This document shows positions 23,290 to 36,800 of a stretch of 58,352 nt of DNA, in pieces. A program made the translations under genes and the position numbers. This DNA is from Lenisia limosa (lineage: Eukaryota > Protista > Breviatea), in contig LPNZ01006560.1 of the NCBI GenBank assembly GCA_001655205.1, positions 1 to 58,352 on the forward strand. The letters are read 5' to 3'. Position 1 is the first letter of the stretch, and each line of letters opens with the position of its first letter. Under the pieces are notes generated by a model. That model saw nothing but the letters and a program-made list of their open reading frames with translations, did not search any database and was not told the origin of the DNA.

Positions 23290-25740
23290 ATGACTATTCA
23301 ACCCATTGCCCCCCCGCCCAATGGTCGGCGAAGAGGCAATCAACTTGCACCGATTGACCAACGGCCGCTTCCACCAATAGGAGGCAGCGGACCACCCCCT
23401 GCTGATGAGGACTTTTCACCTCCACCTGCTTATTCGCCTCCTTCCCCCAGTCCTGCCCCAGTGAGTTTGGATAAGATCATTAAATACATTATGTAAACGT
23501 TACATTTGTTAATTAAAAGGGTATTTTCATGTTCATTGTTCAGAAGTGAATGTTATTGAATTGGAATGTTACTGGGTCTGAGAATTTTTACGGCAAGCAC
23601 TCTCGAAAAAAAATCAAAAAAAAATATCACGAAACACTGTTGTGCTCTTATGTGGCTCTTATTTTTGTTTATGATATGAAAGCATGCGTCTGAATGATAG
23701 GCTGATATTCGACCCATTGTGTGGGCTTTGTAATTGACTAGGCCACCTCCGTCCCGCTGACGCCTGTTTCCCAAGCCCCAGCCAGCAGCAACCCCCCTCC
23801 CCCCAGCAATAATGGTAAGGTTATACAAGGAAAAGCATGGAGGGGTGGTCATACATATAATCAATATGCATTTAAGGAGGCAAGGTGATAGTATCGTGCT
23901 TTTTATGTAAGTCAAAATGTGGCATTGTAATACGTGCAGTATTAAATGAAACTGAGTGGAAAATTATTTCTTCATTGACGGCTTAGAAATGGAAGAGGTT
24001 CCCCTTGGCCCCCCTCAGTCTAACTCACAACCTCCTTCAAGTATGCTTGTTTTGTATGACAGATCTTAAGATCCATCTAATAAAACAGGACCTCCGCAAG
24101 GCTTTCAACCCCCGCCCCAGCAAGGTTATCAGCCCGCACCCCAACAAGGATTTCAGCCCCCATCCACACAAGGGCAATATGCTTCTGGTTATCCTGCTGT
24201 ATGTTTTTGATCAATACCTTCAATCTTTTGCGTTTGTGANNNNNNNNNNNNNNNNNNNNNNNNNNNNNNNNNNNNNNNNNNNNNNNNNNNNNNNNNNNNN
24301 NNNNNNNNNNNNNNNNNNNNNNNNNNNNNNNNNNNNNNNNNNNNNNNNNNNNNNNNNNNNNNNNNNNNCTTTCAGTATCTTTCATAATTAGAATGCCTTA
24401 TTAACGTGTTTATTATACTAATTATTAACACAACAGGTATTCCTTCCAACATCCTGGAGCAGTTCCTGTTGCGGGCGGCATGGCCATAGCACCTGGTGGC
24501 CCACCCCCTCCTGGCATGCCTCCCCCACCGAGCTACTCCCCAATGGCTGTAGGTTCCAAATCTCTGATTATCTACTCAAAGAACAAATAAATGATATTGA
24601 TGCCGTTTATTTATTTACTAATCGCTACGGTTGAGGGAGCTAAAACCACAGAGTATATCCTTCGTTTTTTTGCCTCACTTTTTAGCAATACAATCCACCG
24701 AGGGTGCCTTTGAGTCAAAGGGTTACAACGAAACCTGAGTATAGTATGAAGGGGTGTTTTGCATTGGACAAGGATGTGAAGTTGACCCATCAGAGCAACT
24801 TCATAAGATGGCCGTGCATAAGTCAACTATGCTCATTGACGTTGGGCCTGATACCCTTCTTTTCTGCCCGGCCTTGCTTACTGCTTATCAGGTAATCTAA
24901 TGTGGCAGAAGACGCGTATTCAGTCAGTATTAACAGTATATTATACAATATGCATATATCGATATAAGCTATCATATCATAAGTAAAGCTGTGTGCACAG
25001 AGTTGTAGGCAAATGATTGGGTGTTAATCTTTTACTATAATCCAATATCACTGTCTCTTCTTTCATCAATGCTGTGTTCAGTTGACCTAGTTGAAACAAT
25101 ACCTATTAACTTTTCGTTTTGTAGTCTGGAGCTTTAGGAGTGAACGCACGATTCTTTCATCTCTACACCAACAAGCTGGTATGGAAAGGTTTCCCCCCTT
25201 GCTTTGTTTAACCAACTTGTTTCTGTGGCTTACTTCTTAGAATAATGTGTTTTACTTCAACCATCCGAGTCTCTTGCAACAGTCTATTCTCACAAACCTC
25301 ATGTTACAACATGTGTTCTCTCTCATTAAACAGTCAGATATGGCAGTAAGTGGAAAAGGGAGCGCAGTTAGTGAAGAGTTTAACTCTTTAGTGTGAAGTG
25401 ACCAACATGGATTTCGAAGATATTGCAAAACAGCACATCACCACTCGAACGCGAATGTACATCCATTACAAAGGACAGTTTGCGGGTAACGAGTTGTATT
25501 GCTTCGTATTTTACCAAGTACTTACTCATTACTTAGCTATTTGTGCCACTTTGAACCAGTCAACAAGCTGATGACAAAATCAGTTTTTGTGGATCTGCAC
25601 AATGGAGTTGTTCGTTCCAATCGACATAAGAAGGTGATAGTTCCCTTCGTTATTGGAGCAATTATTTTGCTTTAGGTTCTTTGTTTTTTATTGTTTTCCC
25701 TTTTGACATTTTCACTTTTTATGATACATCATATATAGTA
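23290..25740 (+). CDS. Orphan Pro/Gln/Gly-rich protein with a globular C-half and hydrophobic C-terminus
   Basis: MTIQPIAPPPNGRRRG...; PPQGFQPPPQQGYQPAPQQGFQPP; PGGPPPPGMPPPPSYSP; then several GT-AG exons (HKMAVHKSTMLIDVGPD, MDFEDIAKQHITTR, YLCHFEPVNKLMTKSVFVDL) ending in a hydrophobic stretch at about 25630-25740. Confidence 0.5.
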
Positions 25741-25897
25741 TATATGATATATATATATATATCAAGTACTATATCGATTACAAGATGCAAGTATCCGATA
25801 AAAAAGAAGTACCTTCCACATCAGTTACACAAGATATTGATTATGGCATTTGCTTTACTCTGATAGCTTTCTGCGAGCTTCATAATAACATAACCAG

Positions 25898-28277
25898 CTA
25901 TTCAATGAGCTTGGTAAGTTTACGCCTTCCCTCCAAATAGTCCTGAAAGGTCACCACTTATCACCAATTACCATAGATTCCTTATAAGATTCAGGGAGGA
26001 TTCTGGGCATTTGTACGTTTTCAGGACAGCGAAATGTCAAATGAAGCACGTTGGTGACTTCCTGCTGTGTCACAAACAGAAATGAGACAACGATACTTTT
26101 AGGATATTGTGTTTGTACTTACATGGCTAATATTTTCTTCCGGTCGGGTCACATCCGCAATCTAAAGGAGTTAAAAGTCATTTTGCTCTGTTGATGAAAA
26201 ATAATCTCTGGCAGGCTTCCCCTCAAACCACTTTGATGTGAATGAGGTTTTTATTAGTGTAAGTGACAGAAGAAGTAAATGTTAGAATATCAGCAACATG
26301 GACTGGGCGGTGGAACGTACTGGATAGTGAAGTCATACCATGATTGCTCCTCTTACACTCTGTCCAAAGCATGGAACACTGGTCTCTTCAAAGGGGTACT
26401 GAAGAGGTAGGAAGTTGAATAAGCAAGTTCGAATCCTGGTATGTGAATTGTTTTCAGCTAAAAGATACCTTTTCTCATTAGGAAGCCACCAAATATGGTA
26501 CCCTGAGGGTTGGTATCTTGGCGTTGGCACAGATGTGTGGATGTCAGACGTGTACTGGACATCGGAACAAGGGACTTGTCTCCTTTCTCGGCCTGGACTG
26601 GTCACCTATCACTGAACAAGAACAAAAAAACATCATGGCAACCTTGACGAAAAGTCCATGGATTAAAGCGGCTTCGTCAGCGGAAGGCGGCACGGAGTCC
26701 AGTGACTTGGTCCGCTCCACTTTCAGACGGGCCTGTGACGGTCACAAAAAGCGAAATTAAAAGTGGAGTTTGTCAACAACAAAACAAGACTGTTCCTTTT
26801 TCAATGGTTAATAGATGACCATACAGTGGTTCGAAAACTTGAGGTTGAAAGTTGCATACCTTGTTTTCTTCTCCTTGTACGTGCCATTCACGCTCAAGTG
26901 CTGTTTGGGGCTCAAGTTTATTTACTAAACCGGGTGAATGGATACATGAGGTATTGTTGGAAGGAGCATAGTTCCCACAAACATAGAACGGGTTTCCCAG
27001 TATGCTTGTCAATTCCAACCTTGAAGATGACAAATAAGAGCAAAGGTACTTGATTCATATGGGGGAAAGCAAAATAAAAAAGGTATGTGGATCTCAACCC
27101 TGGGCACAGCATACCATAGTCAGAACAGCCTCGACACAAGGAGACGCTCCATCCTCCTGGGGACTGATCTCGACTCTCACCTGCCAAATAAGGACGATTA
27201 AGGCAATCGCCTACAACAGCCGAAGAACTTCCGACATGCACAGTGCATCCTTGGATGACGTAATCTTTGTCCAGTGACACACGCTCATTATACACAATCT
27301 CGTCAACCGATGCTGAAATGCCAGTAAGCGTGGGTTGCTGCTCACAAACCTGTCACCATCGTCACTGGCCATAAGGGGTCAATTCCAACATGTTTGTACA
27401 CAATGCTAGAAAAATCAAACACATAAGGCCAAACTGAAGAAACTGTTCAAATGCCGCTCAATTCTTACCTTCCAGCCATACTATCAATGTCTTCTAATAA
27501 GAGTCCAAACCTCACCTACGACAGTCATGTAGCAAATTGCATTGTTACAAAGAGTCCTTAGAAATACGTTTCCTACCAGTCCATAAGGGTTGACATACTG
27601 CTTTGCAAGTTTTTCGTTTGATTTGAGATCAAGCTGGGTTGTATGAGATGTTTGATCCTAACCTTCAAGAAAATAGGAGGTTAAAGATTGGTATTCCTCA
27701 AAAGCGCGAAGGCTATTGTAATTTTGAGACCTACACTCAAACATGCCCATGAGTCAGACGGGTGCTTTGTGATAGGGGCGGGCCGTTGATTGATGGAGTC
27801 GTCAAAGTTCTCCATCAAAGATGAGATCGCCTAAATGGTGACAAGAAATGTGAAACTGACAACAGAAAAATAACCAAGTATCCCATATACCTTGCTTTTT
27901 CGCTCCCTTTTTGACTAAAAATTGTGAGAAGAGACGGGAAATAAACAGCATGATGTAAAAAGGTTCATACTAATTAATTATATTCAATCAGCCTAATACA
28001 GCTTTGGCTTTAAAGTAGGAATTTCAATTTCATCCGCCCAAAATGCAACATTCCGAAAAACAAATGCAAACCCAATGCAAACCTGAAAAAAATCATTCCT
28101 CTGCTTTTCTCTAATGACAGGATCTGCAGAAAGTTCGAGAGAAGGGGTTGTCTGTGCACTTTCAATGATTGTTTTTGAGATAGTTCCAAAGCACCGAAGA
28201 GTAATAGGTCTAAGAATTGAATGCGCAATTGGCCGGATCACTTTACTTGTATTTAATACATAATTCATGATGAACAA
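25898..28277 (-). CDS. ACOT9: Acyl-CoA thioesterase 9/10-like (double hotdog fold), probably mitochondrial
   Basis: N-terminal presequence-like MNYVLNTSKVIRPIAHSILRPITLRCF; KQYVNPYGLVRFGLLLEDIDSMAGSIVYKH...VTMVTASVDEI...YVIQGCTVHVGSSS; C-terminal VTFQDYLEGRRKL with stop at 25898. Confidence 0.85.
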
Positions 28278-28510
28278 GTAAAAAGAGTAAAAGAGTATTG
28301 TTATGTTTCACGAAAAAAGACAAGCATGGAGGGTATATTGTGGGCAATTTAACAAAAAAAAAAAGGCGTTTTAATGTCAGCACCGAGTAACTGCAGCCAA
28401 ACTGCAGCCATATTAACCAAGTATATTTACAGAAATTTCAACTTTCTTTTCGTTGCAAGTGACTTCTTCTACCGTCCCCTCCTGGCCCTTCTTGGTCACT
28501 ATCAAGCAAA

Positions 28511-31067
28511 ATGGAGATTACTAATGAGATATTAGTCACCGATTACCCCGATTTGGCAAAAACCAAAGATTTTCATCTCCAAAAGAAGGGTATCAAGAAG
28601 GTATGACTGGTTCTCTTAAAGTTTAAAGTGAGAAATTTCGGATCTTTTTAAGTGACTCTGATTCATACTTTTGGGGTAGTTTTAAGGAGTGTTATTTTGA
28701 TATTTGTCAGGTGGGTAACATTGCGAAATGCACATCAGCTCGAAAGATGTTCCTGCAAGGCAACTCGATCACAGCTCTTGGTGGACTGACTAGTCTCAAA
28801 ACTGTCACGTGGGTAGGGAATTTATTCTTGGATAAATCGATTTTTGGTTACTTGTTTTGTGGTATTCGATCTGGTTGTGAATGTTCGCCTTTGGTAATTT
28901 GCAGGATGCTTAACCTGAAGGAAAACCCCATGAAAAACTTCGGTGGTCTCAACAAAATGAAAGAAATTAACGTGGTTTGTTGGGGGAATTCTTGACCTTT
29001 TTGAAATGGGACATTTTGATGAAATTCAATCGTTATTTATGACGATCACAGCTCGATTTGAGTCATTGTGGTCTCAAAGAAGTCCCCGTTGAGGTTAGTG
29101 GGCATTTGACTTTTGCCCCATTATACNNNNNNNNNNNNNNNNNNNNNNNNNNNNNNNNNNNNNNNNNNNNNNNNNNNNNNNNTTCCAATGCTGTTTTCTT
29201 TATTTCCGATTCTAGGTTACAGCACTCCCCATTTTGAAGGCACTTGTGGCTGTCGACAACTCATTAACGGATCTGCCTGATCTCCAAACTTGTCCAGAGC
29301 TGAATAGCCTGAGTATGATATATTTTTTTTCCCTTACTTCTTTCTTCCTTTTTTGTTTTGAAATTTTGCGTTTCTCTTGTGATTGTGACGTAATTAATAA
29401 AAAAGTCTTCACTTCGGTCTAAAAAAAAAAAGACTATATTTGACAATATTATAAAACTATCAGTATTTTGCTGGACCTTTTTCGGACCAAAATGTAGCAA
29501 TAAAATTCTTGTGTGATTTATTTTCTTTGTCTTTGTTCATAGTTCCAGACAGCGCTGTTTTTTATTCTGTAGTTGTCTCGAGTAACAATCTTGGTAATTT
29601 GGCTGGCGTGCAGAACTGCCCTTTGATCTACAAGATCTCAGCATCTTCCAACAGTCTGTGTGAGTTTCCTGTTGTCCGTGGCTTCAAGAGCATGAAAGGT
29701 AGGATCTCTCTTTGTTTTCTTATCTCCTTCAGAACTGCGTTTGTCCAACAATCGCATTGCCAATATTCCGGAAGTGGAGTGTGCTGGCATGCCACATCTC
29801 AATATTCTTGATCTCGGAAATAACAACATCAAAACATTCGAAGACATCCAGGGCCTCAAGGCTTGTAAATTCCTCAGGTTTGTGCAATCTCGTAATACTT
29901 TGGAATGAGTGGAAGACTGAATGTTTAGGCAGCTCACTTTGAAAGGAAATCCGATTGCTGAGCTTCCCGATTATAAGGAGAAGGTTGGTTATCCTTTGTA
30001 TGGATTGGCTAATAGCTTACAGGTGATGGCACTGGTTCCTTCATTGAGAAGTCTGGACAATATCCGCGAGATTGGTTTGGGAAAGAAGGGACGTGAAACG
30101 GAGAGAGAAAAGAAGGAGCAGGATAAGAATGAGAAGAAAGCCAAATATATGGCCTTCAAGGAGGCGAAAAGAAAAGAGTACGAAGAAAAGACTGGAATGA
30201 AGGCTTTGGAAAAGGGAGAGATTTTGAAGAAGGTTAAGAAAGAAAAGGAAGAGAAGGTAAAGAAAATGAAGGATGATTACAAATCATTAGATAGAAAAGA
30301 GAGAAGACTCAATTACATGAAGAGAGAAACTGAAAAGGTCAAGAATGTTGAAGATGTTGAAAAGAGGAAAGAAGAGATTAAAGAAGAAGCCAGAAAGGAG
30401 TACGAGGAAGAGAAAGCTGCCAAATTGGCAAGGAAGGCCGAGAAGGAAAAGAAGAAGAAGAAAGACAGTCAAGAGGAGGAAGCCAAAAAGTTTGACCTCT
30501 TTGGGGACTCTGGGGAGAGTAGTGAGACTCCTGAAGATCTTTTCATGGGGGCGCAAGTGGAAGAGAAGAAAAAGAAAGAAAAAAAGAAGAAAGAAAAGAA
30601 GGAGAATAAAGAAAAGAAGGACAAGAAGGAAGAAATGCCCGTTGAAGAGAAGAAGGAAAAGAAGGAAAAAAAGAAGGACAAGAAAGAAAAGAAAGAGAAA
30701 CTGGAAGAAAAGAAGGCAAGGCAGGTGAGAAAAGACTTAAAGGCTTCTTTAAAGATGGAGAGTGCGTCTGTCAAGGTTGAACTTGGGGCCTTGCCTCAGG
30801 CTAAAAACTCGGAAGACATCGAGAAAAGAGTGGGCACTTGTTTTCTTTCTTTTCTTTTTACCTTCTTTTGAAATTCAACCACTTATATTTACAGGAGATC
30901 ATGAGACAATCAACTGGTGTTGCTAAGGTAGGAGGAAGATTGATTCTGATAATTTTCATGAAGCAGAGAGGAAGTATTATTCATTTTTTTAGATCCGAGG
31001 CAAGGCGGTGGAGCCAACATTTGATCCTTCTGCTTTGTCAAACGACGTTGAGGTCGACCAATGGTAA
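28511..31067 (+). CDS. SDS22-type leucine-rich-repeat protein with long Lys/Glu-rich C-terminal tail (possibly nucleolar)
   Basis: LRRs MFLQGNSITALGGLTSL, LNLKENPM, ELRLSNNRIANIP, ILDLGNNNIKTFEDIQGL and the LRR cap LTLKGNPIAELPDYKEKVMALVPSLRSLD; K/E-rich ORF 29921-30871; ends VEVDQW-stop. Confidence 0.8.
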
Positions 31068-31224
31068 CCCCCCCCCCCGTTTTCTTATAGTTTTCTATCA
31101 TCTATTGTCTAAATGCATATAGTGAAGCATATAAGATAATGGAGGGAGAAAAAATAAAACCAATTTAGCGAACATGGCGGATTCTTGAATACAATTAATT
31201 ATTACAAGACATTATCACAAATTA

Positions 31225-33221
31225 CTCAAGGAGACGAAGGAACGCTCTTGAGAAAGAAACAACAGCCCAGCCCCAAAGCAGGCCGATACTAACAAAGAGA
31301 CTAGGAGGTTAGTAAGTTATATAATGACGAAAAAAGAAATATTAATCAAGCAAGTAAAAAAAGAGGTTTTCAATCCAACTAACAGAGGAACATGCCACCA
31401 TGGAGTAATCTGCTGAAGAACAACTTCAATTGAGTTGAACAGGCGGTATGACAGTTTTTCCAAAACTTAAAAGGTTAGAAATGTAATATTTCAAACTCCA
31501 CACACATTTTTAGAATGAAAAATAAAAAATAAGGTTGTGCCGTCCCTACCATCACGCTAATAGAGATATTGGATTATAGTAAAATATAAATTCATCCAAT
31601 CATTTGCCTTCACAGCTTTCTGAGTGCCTCCCAGTATAAGACTGTTTATTGCATTTTCTTCAATTTCATACGCAGCTTCCACACACTATCACCACCAACT
31701 GAGAAGAAGGCTAGGGTAAGGGAAACTTTTTCGTGTCTTGAGAAGACCACTATTCAGAAGGTTCTCGGAGAACTAAGAAGTAAACATGGAAGTTAACTGG
31801 AAAGAGTAACACTAAGAAAACAGAAAATCCCACCTCCATGTCACCAAGTTTGTCGTATTGAAGCTGGAATTCTCCATCACGTGCAGCAACCAAGTAAGGC
31901 ATTGCAGCTAGGGCATGAGAACAGAACGCTGAGAATAAAGAGTCCGGTTTTAACTCACAAATGAGATTAGTTGCCTCCAAGAGGCCGAGTGTCAATTCCC
32001 GGTGTTCGAGAAGGAGAACGGCAATGCGATGACGTCCATGCTTCTGTCCAAGTTGGTTGTAGTCCTCAGCTGGGTTGTCACTTGAAAAAAACAAAACAAT
32101 ACTCTCAAGATGCACAGAAATGGAGTCCACTCGCTTGGAACGAATCTTGAACCTTACCAAATTTGGCACAGTCACTAGACCAGGCAGTACAGACGAGAAT
32201 CAGGCAAGTTTCAGAGTCACCATTACGATAAAGATTAAGAAGGTCGGCGGGCGAGTGGAGGACGGGAAGGGTGACTATACGGTTAGTTTGTACTCTTCCC
32301 AACGGCAATGTATCAACACTCGTCTCAGGCCTACATTTTGAAGCAACATCAGCGTTGAAGTTCTCAATTGAATATTTCGGTGCACCAATCGTGTCATCTT
32401 CTTAAGGGGTCAGCATTGATAGAAAAGGAATAATGCTTCAACAAACCGAAATCGTCTTCAGCAAGGCGTTCATTGAAAACGCTGGAGACCCATCTGGTGA
32501 GCTTCCTACACATTTAGCCCGAAACGTTTGATGGAAGTACTAACCTGACGGAGAGGGAGCGCGGGTTGGGGAAGATAAAAGTCTCGTCTCCACGGATAGC
32601 AATGATTTTCTATCAAGTTATAAGGGAAAGAAGTTGGAAAATAGCTGCCTGCTTGAATGTTCAATATTATTACACTTTACCCCAGAATACTGGATAACCA
32701 AGACTACTGTCGGAATAGGCACTGAAAATATTTGTGGCATCCATGTCATAAGACACATCCATGATGGCAAATCGAACCTAATGGCGGGGTTAAATAATAT
32801 TATACTGATGTTGGTGCATTCTGTTTTGGGGAAATAAGCCGAATCATATTACCAAGGGGAAATGGCTAAACTCACATCGGGGAAATACTCGAAACGAGAG
32901 TTAGCCACCTTCTCATAGTCTTTCTTTAAAATACTACACCATCCTAGAATGTCATTCAACAGAACTACTAAAGTGTAGTTGAAATTCCACGAAAGCCTAC
33001 CACATCTATGACCTTGAAGGAAGAGAACAATGGGATCAGGGTTGGCCTCGTCCCCAATGTACTTTTGGTAGTCAATAGGTGTGAAGAACTTGAGAATAAG
33101 TGCAAATGCAGCCACGGCTCACCTCAAGGCTTGACTGCTGAAACTGAATAATCAAACCAGCTGTAACCGCTAATGCTAGTATAATAGCGTAAAAGTTGGA
33201 CCCTAAGCTCCAGCTCAGCAT
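31225..33221 (-). CDS. Thioredoxin/PDI-fold protein with signal peptide, CGWC active site, second Trx-like domain and C-terminal TM (TMX-like)
   Basis: Spliced: MLSWSLGSNFYAIILALA...IVLFLQGHRCG|WCSILKKDYEKVA...VRFAIMDVSYD...GYP|KIIAIRG...RKLTRWV; second domain LILVCTAWSSDCAKF; hydrophobic LFVSIGLLWGWAVVSF near 31260-31310. Confidence 0.65.
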
Positions 33222-33409
33222 ATTGTCCCTTCAAAAAGAAATCGCAATTCACTAAATTAACAGAGGAGCTAACTATTGTTTTATCAAATTCAATGGCCAG
33301 TATATTTCAGGTATAAGTATATATACTAGAAAAAGGTGGGGGAAAAAGGCAAGCGAGAGCGTGAGTGTAGTGGGGGATTTATATATAGTTATATATAACA
33401 TAAAAAAAT

Positions 33410-33481
33410 CGAGCACGGCAGGGATCGAACCTGCAGTCTCTTGATCCGTAGTCAAGCGCCTTTCCATTTGGCCACGCACCC
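33410..33481 (-). tRNA. trnR-ACG: tRNA-Arg(ACG)
   Basis: GGGTGCG TGGCCAAATGGAAAGGCG CTTGA CTACGGA TCAAG AGACT GCAGG TTCGATC CCTGC CGTGCTC G folds as a cloverleaf with anticodon ACG; an oligo-T Pol III terminator follows immediately. Confidence 0.95.
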
Positions 33482-33845
33482 GATAAGAATGGTTGAGCGA
33501 GATTCACTCCCGATGCAAGTTTAAGACAAAACGCCAAAAAAGTTCGTTTCTGGCGTCTTCCTGTCGTTTTTTAGATACATTTAGATGAAATAATTAAATT
33601 AAGCAAATAAAAACACAGTTTTAAGCACAAGCTTTGGTGATCTCTCTGACGGTTAGACCTTTCTTGTCCCGTACGCATAGTACTCTAGGTTCAAGATTAA
33701 AAAAAAAGGCTTAAGGGTAAGATGTTAAAATAGGATGAGGTTTCCGATCTTTATTAAGAAACAGCCGTTCCCTTCCCACCATTGTTGTCATAACTGTCAT
33801 ACCTCCTTCCTTGTTATACATCATATTTCAGAATCAAACAAAACA

Positions 33846-36800
33846 ATGTCCCTTCTCCAAGACCTTCAGGGTGGGTATGAAAATCTTGCTTTCATTTCTT
33901 TGTCACCTTCTTAAACCATTTGCTGTATTTTCTTTCTGGGAGGGTTTAATTGTTCACAGGTCCTGGAGCAGGGTCAGTGAGATTGCGGCCTCGATTACCA
34001 GGGCAGCAAAAGAGCATATTGCAGAGAACGGAGCCTCAAGTAAGCGGGACACTTCGATCAGCTAACTCTTTCATAGTTTTCTCTTTTTTACCCACTAGGC
34101 TTCAGTTTCCCTTCGCTCCAACTCCCCCCCTGCATCCGCACTCTCTTCATACAGGAACCAACAATGCCCATCAAGCCAAAGGTTTGGGCCATTACCAGTC
34201 AACATTGAGATTAAGTATTGTTTGTATATGGGGTTTCTTCAAACTCATCTTGTCCCTTGGCATGTTTTGACACTTTGCTCTTATCCATGCCTGAGTGGGA
34301 TCCCTGGCGATCCTTAACTCTTGGAAAACCATGCCTAAAGCTGTTTGATACTGATCTGCGTTTTTTGTAACTTTGTTTTCAGATCCTCAATTCCATCACC
34401 TTCTCGACCTCCACCTCGTCCTCTCCCCCACCCCAGCAACCCCGAGCCTTCTGCGTCCCTCTCAGCTTCTCGAGCGCCTCTCCCCCACTCCAGGTTTGCC
34501 AGATGGAAGGACCAGTTTTTGGGAAAGTGCTTGTTTGTGTATAAGTATCAGAAACTACTTGGAAAGAATATTTTTCGTTTACCTTGTATGTTCAGTTTAC
34601 GGAAACCAAAGCGCGCAGTATATCCACCACCCTCTGCAGGGCCCTTTATGAATGTTGATGTGGTTGGTGCGGTGTGCTTTATTTCACTGCTACTTTCAGA
34701 AACGGAGGACTTGTTTACCCTTTTGAAGATTAATTTTAGAGAGGGTGTTTTCCTTACCAAACCAGGTCATGGCTGATTTAAGTTCTCCAGCTCCAGCACA
34801 GAAACCTTCAAAGACACACCGTCTCACAAGTGGGTTTTTGTGTTATTTTAGTGCTTGGGTGTCTACTTTGAGTTACAGTTGTTTCATATTGAAGGTAATG
34901 AAGATGGGGTCTCGCGCGCTCTTTCTTCTTTTCGGCATCCTGTTTCTGCTCTGGATGTATCACCAGCTAAATCCCAAGGAGGTTTGAGGACTGTCCGTTG
35001 TTTTATTGAAATATACCAATTACACTTCAGGAGAATCGCAATTGACGGTTGATACTGAGACACAATATCTAGAAGCTGATGGTTGGCAATCTCTCTTCCA
35101 CTCACAACTTCCTGACAAGAGTTATGTGTATTTAAAGTAATAACCATCAAGCAGCCTCAAATCCCGCAGATCCAAGCACTAGCGAAGTGCAGAAGGTCAA
35201 GTTTGATGCACCACAGCCTCCCCCCAAGCCCGATCTGGGATCATTATTACTGGAATCGGTGTACAAGTTGCCGCAGAAGAAAACGAAGAAAACCCCCGGT
35301 CGAATGGCCAAGTCATTAGCAAAGTCACGCCAGGGAATTAAACTACCTCAAAGTCAGCTAATGCGTGTGTCCTTTATCTTCTTAGAAAAAGTATCAGATT
35401 CCTCTCTTTTTCTTGAGGCAGCTGGTGTTCCCAGTACACCACCGATCACCCTGCTGAATTTAGCCAATACCCCTTCTGCAAAACGGAGAGAAGAAACAAC
35501 GGTATTTTATTTCTGGAGGCTTTCTCTTCATCCCATTCTTACGTTTAGAAAACAGCGAAGTCTGCGGGAGAGGTTCTTTCTGACAGATGGGCACAAAGCA
35601 CTCGGTGCGAATATATTGACACCTCGTTTGTGGTGATAAACAGAACGGTCAACATCTGGATCTATATAACTAATTTCCTAGGAGAGACCAGGCCATTTTA
35701 AAGCCACAGCCACCATCACGTGCTACTCAACCAAGAGGTGGGGATTGTCGATGGTGGTTCATGGTCATAGGACGTGCGCGTATCGAAGCGTTGAGAAGGG
35801 AAAAGTTGGCAAAACACCGGAAGTATCTTGCGAGACTGGCTGATCTTCATGACGGCAGAACGTGGGGATGGGAGCCTTCCAGTTGACAATTATTTTATAA
35901 AAACCAGGGTTCAAAAGCACATAGCTAGGGCTTCACTTCGTTTCGAAAAAAGACTGATTTTCTCGATAAATCCTCGAAAACTATCGATATTTTAAAGGTC
36001 TTTTTCGCCCTACACATAGCATGAATTAGGAGGGAATGGGGGATCTGTTTGGAACAATCAAATACTAAATCAGCATTTAAAAAAGAAGATGGTTATTTTG
36101 CTGATTATTCAGGCCACCTGAGGACATGGGTCCGCACATTCCGATTTCCTTTGCAGATGCACGTGATGTGGCCGAAGGTAATGGCGTTATGCCTTTTCTT
36201 ACCAGATAGGGCGAAACCAAGTTTGTGAATCAGCAGTATCAGAGCACCCCTGGAAGAATATGTACGAGTCAGCGAAGTAAGCATAAATCAGGCTCGTTCC
36301 TTGACAACGATCCAGATTTTTGTATCCTACTGATTACCCACTTCCTGCTGGATCTCCAAAGAAAATCAGAAGGACCAAGAAGAAGCCGTTGAGAGGTTGG
36401 AGTCCATCGATTTGCTCCTATTGTAATGTTATACCAATTTGAACAAACTGTCCAATCTTCTAATGTGCACCCCTCTGTTCTGAATCTTTTTTAGTTCCTC
36501 GGGTCCTTTTAGACATGACAAGTCAAGACAATGACACGGATAGCCTTCTTTTATCCCCACCGCTACACGTAGGGAGAGCAAACGGATACTTGCTGCAATT
36601 AATTTGCTCACTAACCAGGGTGAAGAAGAACAACCCATTTCACCCAGTGCTCTTCGTGCCTATCATAATGATAATGTTGCTGTGACGCCGGACTATTTGG
36701 ATAGTGATGACTCCCTTCGAGCCTCCCCAGAACAAGATCCCCAGGTTTATTTGGGCTACTGACACTGATTATTTAGTCGCCAATGCTGCCGCTCTATGCC

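Noticed and set aside
30287-30774. Alternative-frame and antisense ORFs (Phe/Ser-rich, Arg/Lys-rich)
   Set aside because: These are shadows of the purine-rich K/E low-complexity exon of the LRR gene.
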